A program made the position numbers and the translations under genes. The notes beneath the pieces are model-generated. The model was not told the DNA's origin and searched no databases. It saw nothing but the letters and a program-made list of their open reading frames with translations. Of a DNA stretch of 64,000 bases, positions 55,929 through 64,000 are shown in pieces (position 1 is the first letter of the stretch; each line of letters opens with the position of its first letter). The DNA is from an uncultured Planctomycetota bacterium (GTDB taxonomy: Bacteria; Planctomycetota; Planctomycetia; Isosphaerales; Isosphaeraceae). The stretch is taken from positions 96,001-160,000 of the forward strand of contig CAWJTV010000041.1 of NCBI GenBank assembly GCA_963845755.1. Reading direction: 5' to 3'.

Positions 55929-56867
55929 AAGTCCCATCCCCGTTTCCGTGGTGCGGTACTCAGGTAAAGCAGATGACCGCTTGATTTGATGGCTGGCGTC
56001 AGATTCGCCAATGGGTCAACGCAAGGCAATAAATGGTGTCGAATAAATGGTGTCTGTCGAATCAATGAGCTGGGTCGCCCTGGGGAGCAATCCCGAGGAC
56101 GACTCGGCCCCATTTCCTTCCTGACACATGACGAGCTGCACCCTGCGTTGTGACCAATCTTACGTCAGTGGCGCCAGGCCCTCGGGCTGGATAGCTCACA
56201 TTACCAGCGATGGATTTCGCAAGAGTTATTGAATATTTGTCCAATCAACCTCTGACCTCAATAGAGTGACGATGTCAGGATCTGTTGTCTCTTCGTTCGG
56301 AGGTGCGGGCTCCCGCGAGGAATCTCGAGGGCCGCGAACCGATTGATGCGGCCTCCGTCGTGACGATCGAGAGGTCTCGGCTAGCGTGGTGGTCGTCGAA
56401 CCGCGCGATCCCGGCCATTCGATTGACGCCGGGCATCCACAACAGAGCGATTGATTGCTTCAGAAGTCGATCCAAGTCTCAAGCCTAAATCCGTTCGATC
56501 TTTCATGGATGCAGACTCGATTACCTTGATGATACGGATATGTTGAATTTCGAAGAAAAACATCTTTGGGGAGATTGCTGGGTTGAAAACGGGGAGTCGA
56601 GTCGTTACCATCTGCCCGTCCGTGACGAGCGGGGCGGATGCAAGAGTTCCTTTCGGCAGCTCGGTTCGAGCGCATCGGCCTCGCTGGCAGTCAAATCACA
56701 ACAACAACTCTACAACTTGTGTTGAATCCCGGGTGGTGTCCTCCACGGATCCCGCGTTGCGCGCGGCCGCCGATCAGCGTCCGCGCGAGGGAGGGACATG
56801 GCGGAAGCGCGCCGTCGGGCGCCATCTTCGTCACGGAGGGGATTCGCAGACCGAAAGGGGACGGACG

Positions 56868-58055
56868 ATGTCGTTGCGCAAAGGGATGCCCGCCGCTGTT
56901 CTCGGCGCGGCCCTGCTCATGCTCGCCCTCTCGACGTTAGGAGGCAACTCGGGACCTAACTTTGGTGACCCGCTGCCCGGGCTCACCCCCGACCTGCTAG
57001 CTCGCTTCGTCGCGGGTCAGGCCAATTTCGAGACCGTGGATACGGTGCCGGGCGGGCTCGGGCCCGTCTACAACGACACCGCGTGCGCCAATTGCCACTC
57101 CAGCCCCGCCATCGGCGGGGGCAGTACGACCCTCGAGACCCGGTTCGGACGGATGCTCAATGGGCAGTTCGACCCGATGACTCAATTCGGAGGGTCTCTG
57201 ATCCAGAAGCAGGGGATCGGCCGATTCAACGGGGTCAACTTCGTTGGGGAGGTCGTACCGCGACAGGCGACGATCGTGGCCGGTCGGCGGACGACTCCGC
57301 TTTTCGGACTCGGTCTTGTCGACGCCCTGCCCGACTCCGTCTTTCAGCAGCTCGCCAGTCTCGAGCAACAAGTTACCCCCAGCACCGCCGGGCGTGTCAA
57401 CATGGTCACGGACCTTGCCACCGGTGAACAGATCGTGGGCCGATTCGGCTGGAAGTGTCAGAACGGCTCGCTCATCGCTTTCTCGGCCGATGCCTACCTC
57501 AACGAGATGGGGATCACCACCCCGCTGGAGCCCAACGAGAACTGCCCTCAGGGCAATTGCGCCCTGCTGCAGGCTAACCCAGCGACGACCAATCCCAACG
57601 AGCCGGACAACGACGACGTCCAGCAGTTCACCGACTTCATGACGTTCCTGGCTCCTCCGCCGTCGTTGGCGCTGACCTCCCAGGCCAAGAGCGGGGCCAA
57701 GACGTTCGTGTCGATCGGCTGTGTCAACTGCCACTTCCCCGCGTTCCAGACTCCATCCAGCTCGATCGCGGCACTCGATCAGGTGACGTTCTTCCCGTAT
57801 TCTGACTTCCTGCTCCACGACATGGGGAGTCTGGGGGATGGCATCGCGCAGTCGGGGGCCGGCCAGACGGAGATGAGGACGGCGCCGCTCTGGGGTGTCC
57901 GCGTCATGAAGAGTTTCCTCCACGACGGCCGGGCGAGTTCACTCTCCCAGGCGATCCTCGCCCACGACGGCCAAGGCAAGGCTGCCCGTAATCAGTTCGC
58001 CAACCTCAGCAAGAGCGACCAGGCCAACCTGCTCGCCTTCCTGAATTCTCTCTGA
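56868..58055 (+). CDS. Di-heme oxidoreductase (DHOR) family protein
   Basis: Signal peptide, GLGPVYNDTACANCH, PLFGLGL, GRFGWK, CVNCH, YSDFLLHDMG, RTAPLWG..FLHDGRA. Confidence 0.92.
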   Translation: MSLRKGMPAAVLGAALLMLALSTLGGNSGPNFGDPLPGLTPDLLARFVAGQANFETVDTVPGGLGPVYNDTACANCHSSPAIGGGSTTLETRFGRMLNGQFDPMTQFGGSLIQKQGIGRFNGVNFVGEVVPRQATIVAGRRTTPLFGLGLVDALPDSVFQQLASLEQQVTPSTAGRVNMVTDLATGEQIVGRFGWKCQNGSLIAFSADAYLNEMGITTPLEPNENCPQGNCALLQANPATTNPNEPDNDDVQQFTDFMTFLAPPPSLALTSQAKSGAKTFVSIGCVNCHFPAFQTPSSSIAALDQVTFFPYSDFLLHDMGSLGDGIAQSGAGQTEMRTAPLWGVRVMKSFLHDGRASSLSQAILAHDGQGKAARNQFANLSKSDQANLLAFLNSL

Positions 58056-58496
58056 GAACTCTGAATGGCTCATGAGTTCCTATGTATGGCGGAAGGCGTT
58101 GTGGAGCCGGAGTCTCGCCGGCTCCACAACTACAGGGGGCCAGAGAGTCCATTGCTGAATGCCTCGAGGCTAGTCACAACCCCTTTATCGGCAACTTTTT
58201 CCGAAGTTCCGCTCTCAGTTCGATCATCCGGAGGTATTACTTCAGCCTGCACTTCACCACCCGGGGCTCGACCCGGCCCGGCCCGCCGCGGCCGGAGGAG
58301 ATCCTCACGGTCCTGGGATTCTACCAGTGAGACCTCTGCGCGATCAACGGGCTGTAACGACGCCTCGCTCTCCATTGAGGCCTGGTGATCGGCGAGAACG
58401 CTCAAACGCGAGCCGAAACGGGACCGCAGCCAGTTTCCCGGTCCCAACAGACCGCCGCGCATCGGCTCGGGGGTATCGGGGGCGCGGCCCCTCATT

Positions 58497-59252
58497 TTAA
58501 GAACCCGTCGATGGAGCGCGCTTTCGTGCGAACGAAGACCGCTTGAACGGCCGCGCGTCCCAGATTTTGGCGGTGTAGTCCCAGCTTCCGGTCACGATCC
58601 GCGAGCCGTCGGCGCTGAACGAGGCTGAATCGACGAGATCTCTGTGTCCTTTGAGAGTCAGTACTTCGGCTCCACTGCTTACGTCCCACAATTTCGCCGT
58701 CCCGTAATGGCTTCCCGTCACAATCCGTGAGCCATCGGGGCTGAACGATGACGGCCGGACTGCACTGGTGTGACCCTTGAGAGTGAGGAGCTGGCCGCCG
58801 GTCTGGGCGTCCCATACCTTGGCCGTCGCGTCGAAACTTCCGGTTACGATTCTCTTGCCGTCGGGGCTGAAGGCCGCGGAAATGACATAGCCGCTGTGTC
58901 CTTCGAGGGTGAAGACGTCGGCGCCACTGCTCGCTTCCCAAATGGTGGCTGCCCAGTCCTTGATGCTGATCACTCGCGACCCATCCGGGCTGAATCCGAC
59001 CGCAGGACCGCCCGTTGGTCGCGTGAGTGACAGGATTTCGGCACCGGTCGTCGCGTCCCAGATCGTTCTGGTCCCGCGATCACTCCCGGCGACGACCCGC
59101 AATCCATCAGGGATGAAAGGATCTGATAAAAATGTTTATGTGATTACATGTAACGCACTGATCCGTTCGCCCGTCCGCGCGTCGCAAATCTGGACTCTTG
59201 TCCCGGCATCGTCGGCGGTCAAGAGCCGTAAGCCATCGGGACTGAACGACGC
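58497..59252 (-). pseudogene. WD40-repeat fragment (probable C-terminus of a lost kinase-WD40 gene)
   Basis: Six FSPDG-like repeats; no start codon or RBS; in-frame TAA at 59138-59136. Confidence 0.8.
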
Positions 59253-59743
59253 TGTAAAAGTCCGCCCACGGCGGCGACGCTACGATCCATCCGCTGGGCA
59301 ATTTCGACTGTTGCGAGCCCCTGGAGGTGACGCAACTCAACGGCTTGCCGCTGGTCATCCGGAAGGTAGGCGAGCGCATCGGCCAGGCGGATCAACCGTT
59401 CGTGGCGAATCGCCCGCTGGCTGGGTGACGTCTGATCGGCCGCCAAGATCGCTTCGAGGCGACGTGACGATTGCTCGACCGAATGTTGCAAGAAACGTTC
59501 TCTCGAACTGACGTGAGGCGCGAGCTTACGGAGGGCATCGGCCAGCGAATTGGCCAGGATCTTGCGAAGCCAGGCGACGCGCTTTGCCTCAGAGTCTCCA
59601 CGAAACTGGTCACGTTTCGCGTGGGCCTTGAGCAGCGTTTCTTGCACCAGGTCCGAGGGATCGATCCTGGCGTGAAGCTCGGGTGGAAGCTGGGAGCGGG
59701 CCAGTAGTAAGAGATCATTCTGATACGATTCGACCGGACGCAC
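59219..59743 (-). pseudogene. ECF sigma factor, planctomycete kinase-associated type, last helix truncated
   Basis: ARIDPSDLVQET, AWLRKIL, DQTSPSQ, LPDDQRQAVELRH..AVGGLLQR, then runs into WD40-coding DNA. Confidence 0.8.
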
Positions 59744-61383
59744 GCAAACGACCCCTTTGTAGTTCGTGCGGGTATCACCTCTCCATTATTGACGGACGAA
59801 CCGGCCAAACTCAGCGCACGGCTTCTGGTTCTTGCCGAAAACCTCCGCGATCGTCCCAACGGCGGCGCTGGGGATCGCGGATGCCAACCGTCCTGCTCCG
59901 TCCTGTTGTTCAGCTCATGTTGCGCCCGCGATTTCATCGCCTTGCAACCCCAACGCTCGAATGCCTTGAGCCCTCGACCTGACTTCGCTTCGATCGCGTT
60001 CGATTGACAGCGGGCTCTCACTTGCAGGGTCGCACTCGAGAAGCGCCAATTTGGGTCAGACCAGAATGGCAGAAACTGGGTCAGCTCGTTGGCCTTGACT
60101 GACGCCTTGTGGCTCGATAGCCCCAGATCCGCGCCCTCAGGCAATTCCGAGCGCATCGCCGAATACGACGGGTTCCACGCACTCATGAACCCCATGGGGC
60201 GGTCGTAATCAGGCCTGGTTCAAGACGCTCGAAGCCAGGGTTACACTTTTTCGGAAGGCCGCGGCGTTGCTCCGGTCGCAAATAATGACCGAGCAATACT
60301 TTACCGCCAAAGTGGCCCCAGGCTTTGCACCGGAAAGTGTTACCCGGGGTTGAACCAGGCCCGTAATCACAAGACGTTTCTTTTTTTTGGATTTTCCCAA
60401 CTGCTGCTGAGGTTGAGAGTTGGGGGAGCTCGTGGCCCAGAACTCGCGATAGGTGCATTAACGTTTTTGGAAAGTTGAGGCATCCTGATTATATGGGGGG
60501 ACGCGCAGAGGCTCCGAACCCACGCCGGTCGCCGCAACACGCCCGCTCCGAGACGCTCATGATCGGACCACTCCGACCGATTCGCCAGGTTGCCGCAAAC
60601 CCGCTTCCGGCCAGAGAGATGGAGAATGACGATCCGGCACAAGGTTGCCAACGCGTGCCAGCCGTGACGCGATCATCAATGGGTGATGTCTCGGTGCGAA
60701 GCTGTCGAATACCCGCGGAGGGCAGTGGAGTTCTTTCCGGACGTCAGGGCCATCGAGGGTCCGTGAGGTCGTCCTGCTGCCTATCGAGGGCGGGTCCTCA
60801 GCGAAAACGCTCAAACGAAGCCACGATCTTGCGGGATTTATCGATTACGCAAGCGATTTTGTTCAACATCTTAATTTCACGAACGAACTGTCATGCAACC
60901 TTGGTCACACCCAACCCCACGAAAATGACGGCCGATGCGAGCATGATTGCTCTTATTGGGTCTTATTTTCAGAGGAACCCAGTGAGAATTCAGGGCCAGA
61001 AACTGCGAAATCGAAGCCATGATGATGCGGGCTCTGCCGGTTGAGAGAGGACCCTCCACATCCGATCGAGGCGCCGGCGGTGACCGGCGCCCCGTGGTGT
61101 ACGGTACCCGAGTCGGCACGACCCGCGCTCGCAATCCACCGGGGCGACCACGGCCCGGCCCCGGTCCCATCGCGGAGCATCCTCTCGGGGTCACAGGTCG
61201 GCTGAAGCCGGGGATTCCCTGGATCGGAATCCCTCCGTCCTCGTTGGACCTCAGCCCTTATCTCGTCGCCCGCGCCGGCTCGTTGACTTTCCCCTGGTTG
61301 GACCTAGAATGCGAGGGTTTGAGAGGCCCACATTCCCCCCCACTCACTTGCCTGAAATGGCACCCGTTGAAGCCGATCCGCCA

Positions 61384-62103
61384 ATGCATCTCCTGACGGC
61401 CATTCCAGTTTATAACGAGGAAGCTTACCTCCAGCCCGTGCTCGCGGAGGTCTTGCGATACGCCGAGGATGTCCTCGTGGTCAACGACGGATCGACCGAT
61501 CGGACTCCCCAGCTCCTTCGCTCGTTTCCGGCCGTACAGACGATCCGCCATCCGCGCAACCTCGGCTATGGTGCGAGTTTGCGCACAGCTTTCGGGCAAA
61601 CCATCGCGGGCGGATACGACGGTGTGGTGACCCTGGATTGCGATGGTCAGCACGAACCGTCACGGATCCCCTTGCTGGTCAAGCCGTTGAGTGAAGCCGA
61701 CATCGTTTCGGGTAGCCGATATCTGGAAGTCTTCGATGCGACGCAGACGCCCCCCGAGCAGCGGCGACGGATCAACGTCGAGGTCACGCGGTGGCTCAAT
61801 GAGTGCCTCGGCCTGAACGTGACGGATGCTTTCTGTGGCTTCAAAGCGTATCGCACCTCGGCCTTGAGGTCCTTCGAGATCACGGATGACGGCTATGCCA
61901 TGCCGCTCCAATTGTGGGTGCAAGCGGTCGCTCAAGGAATGAAGATCGTGGAGGTCCCGGTCCCGCTGATCTATCTGGACGAGTCACGGGCCTTTGGTGG
62001 CGCGCTGGATGATGCCGAATTCCGGCTGGCCCACTACCGCCACGTGTTCCAGACTGCGCTCGACCGTGCCGGACTTCTGACCGCGGGGGGTTGCCTGGGA
62101 TGA
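61384..62103 (+). CDS. Glycosyltransferase family 2 (DPM-synthase-like)
   Basis: AIPVYNEE, VVNDGSTDRT, NLGYGASL, LDCDGQH, VSGSRY, TDAFCGFKAY. Confidence 0.93.
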   Translation: MHLLTAIPVYNEEAYLQPVLAEVLRYAEDVLVVNDGSTDRTPQLLRSFPAVQTIRHPRNLGYGASLRTAFGQTIAGGYDGVVTLDCDGQHEPSRIPLLVKPLSEADIVSGSRYLEVFDATQTPPEQRRRINVEVTRWLNECLGLNVTDAFCGFKAYRTSALRSFEITDDGYAMPLQLWVQAVAQGMKIVEVPVPLIYLDESRAFGGALDDAEFRLAHYRHVFQTALDRAGLLTAGGCLG

Positions 62104-63740
62104 CGGCACGCCACCTGCGGGCGCCTTCGACTGATGGGGCCTTGCTGGCGGAACCGCCCCTGCACATGGCCGGCGGTCAGGCCGCGGCCAATGCAGCCCG
62201 GCTGTCGGCCTGGGATTATGACTTCCAGGGTCGACGGGCAAGCTGGCTGCGACCCCAGATCCGTCGTGAGATCCTGCAACTCGCCCGCGGATTCCTCCGA
62301 CGTTACGGCCTGGAAGCCCCCGAGACTTCCGGCGGAGCCGAGACGCCCCTGATTGTCACCGGCCATCAGCCCGAGCTCTTTCATCCCGGGGTCTGGGCCA
62401 AGAACTTCGCCGCGGCGGCGGTCGCCGATGCGTGTCGCGGGCTGGCCCTCAACCTGATCGTCGACAACGATATCCCCAAGTCGGCCTCGATCCGGGTGCC
62501 CCGATTCGCCGGCGGACGGCTCGGCACGGTCGAGGTCGAGTTCGATGAATGGCAGGGCGAGATCCCTTACGAGGATTGGAAGGTCCGCGACGAGGCGAGG
62601 TTCGCGACCTTTGCGCGGCGCGTCCATGAAGTCCTCGCCGGCGCGGTCGAGGATCCGCTCCTCGACGACTACTGGCCCCGCGCCGTCGGTCGACGCGCCG
62701 AGGCCGATACGCTGGGCCTCCGATTCTCCCTGGCGCGACGCGAAGTCGAGCAATCCTGGGGCGTCTCCAACCTGGAGCTTCCGCTCGGAACCGTCTGCCA
62801 GACCGAAGGTTTCCTGTGGTTCGCCTCGCACCTGATCGCCCAGCTTCCCCGGTACCAGGACGTGCACAACGCCTGTCTGACGGAGTATCGAGCGATCCAC
62901 CGGATTCGCAGTCGCCACCATCCGGTCGCCGCACTGACGCGCCAGGGTGACTGGTTGGAGGCGCCCTTCTGGGTCTGGCGAGCCGGTCAACCCCGGCGCC
63001 GTGGGCTACTGGCGCGCCAGCTTCCGCGCGTGGTCGAGTTGCGCGTCGACGGCGAAAACGAGATCTTGATCGCCTTGCCCCTGTCGCCGGACGGGGAAGC
63101 CTGCTGCGCCGTCGAACGGCTCCGCGAGCTGCCTCAGCAGGGGATCCGGCTGCGCACCCGCGCCCTGACCACGACCATGTTCAGCCGGTTCCTGCTCGGT
63201 GATCTGTTCATCCACGGCATCGGCGGCGCCAAGTACGACGAGCTGGGCGACGAGATCTCACGGCGGTTTTTCGGTCTCGAGCCGCCCGGTTTCCTCACCC
63301 TCTCGCTAACGCTATGGCTCGGGCTGCCCGCCGATCCGGCGGCTTCGGCCGAGCTGGGTGCTTTGCGGCGAAGGCTGCGCGACCTGACTTACAATCCGGA
63401 TCGCTACCTCGCCGAACCGAACCCCGACGAAGTTCGTATACTATTGAATGCCAAGAGTGAGGCCCTGACCTGGCCTGCCACGTCGCGCCGCGAGCGAATC
63501 GCCCGCGGGAGAGCCCTCCGACGCTGCAATGAGGCCTTGCAGCCCTGGGTTGAGACGTTGCGAGCCGATCTCTTGGCCCGAAAAGCCCGTCTCCAAGCTG
63601 GTCGCCGGTCGAATCGCATCGCGCACAATCGCGAGTTTGCAAGCGTGCTTCACTCGATGCGTCGGCTGCGTACCAACCTACAGGGACTTGGCAACGAGAC
63701 TGCACCGGACGGATCCGTGGAGTCGGGTGGATTGAGGTAA
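62100..63740 (+). CDS. Conserved protein, probable distant BshC-like ligase
   Basis: ATGA-coupled to GT2; IVTGHQPELFHPGVWAKN, LIVDND, DLFIHGIGGAKYD, then a coiled coil; resembles the BshC motif order. Confidence 0.55.
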   Translation: MTARHLRAPSTDGALLAEPPLHMAGGQAAANAARLSAWDYDFQGRRASWLRPQIRREILQLARGFLRRYGLEAPETSGGAETPLIVTGHQPELFHPGVWAKNFAAAAVADACRGLALNLIVDNDIPKSASIRVPRFAGGRLGTVEVEFDEWQGEIPYEDWKVRDEARFATFARRVHEVLAGAVEDPLLDDYWPRAVGRRAEADTLGLRFSLARREVEQSWGVSNLELPLGTVCQTEGFLWFASHLIAQLPRYQDVHNACLTEYRAIHRIRSRHHPVAALTRQGDWLEAPFWVWRAGQPRRRGLLARQLPRVVELRVDGENEILIALPLSPDGEACCAVERLRELPQQGIRLRTRALTTTMFSRFLLGDLFIHGIGGAKYDELGDEISRRFFGLEPPGFLTLSLTLWLGLPADPAASAELGALRRRLRDLTYNPDRYLAEPNPDEVRILLNAKSEALTWPATSRRERIARGRALRRCNEALQPWVETLRADLLARKARLQAGRRSNRIAHNREFASVLHSMRRLRTNLQGLGNETAPDGSVESGGLR

Positions 63741-64000
63741 TGGGCGACCACGGCGATCGGGCGGGAATCCTTCTCGTCCGATCTTGCGCGGGATGTGGCG
63801 GTTCCGTGGTCAAAAATAATTCGAGATTTCCCCCTTGGCTGCGGCGGAGCCGACCACGAGCACGTACAATGAAAACGAAACAACGTCCCGTTACTCGCAA
63901 GGATACCTCCTGGACTACGGCAGAGGGCACCCGCACGGCGCGGCGGACTCAGACTATGGTGGACCCGATGAAAGCCTTCAGGCCAGGAAGTCGCCTGCCA

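Noticed and set aside
58065..58495. Short ORFs between the DHOR gene and the WD40 fragment
   Set aside because: No motifs or convincing RBS on either strand.
61020..61300. Possible structured ncRNA or riboswitch upstream of GT2 (GGGATTCC..GGAATCCC hairpin)
   Set aside because: No recognisable Rfam consensus; hairpins are expected at this GC content. An Infernal search would be needed.

Overview
A GC-rich 64 kb window from a planctomycete, probably Isosphaeraceae-like (inferred from DUF1501 + DUF1549/DUF1553 pairs, a PVC-type CxxCH dehydrogenase, DUF4058 and ECF sigma/Ser-Thr kinase pairs). More than 30 apparent single-base frameshifts split otherwise intact genes, which suggests unpolished long-read sequence, so several CDS calls below join adjacent ORFs. 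Main content: (1) a candidate defence/conflict island at about 6.5-11.3 kb, with an orphan MNT, a membrane-anchored STAND-type ATPase carrying a ~180 aa Gly-zipper repeat that is translationally coupled to a TIR + degenerate-STAND protein, and a nucleotidyltransferase toxin-antitoxin-like pair; (2) an 18 kb MoxR/DUF58/VWA operon with PQQ-propeller, SIMPL, prenyltransferase-repeat and NPCBM genes; (3) two DUF1553/DUF1501 loci, one interrupted by an IS4-family element inserted into a REP palindrome; (4) an ECF-kinase pair and a second ECF locus whose kinase is deleted; (5) a HigBA-type TA system with a clear promoter and operators; (6) a GT2 + BshC-like gene pair; (7) many intergenic heptamer arrays and REP-like palindromes. 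No CRISPR array, rRNA or tRNA was recognised. Family assignments come from motif recognition by eye, not from database searches.
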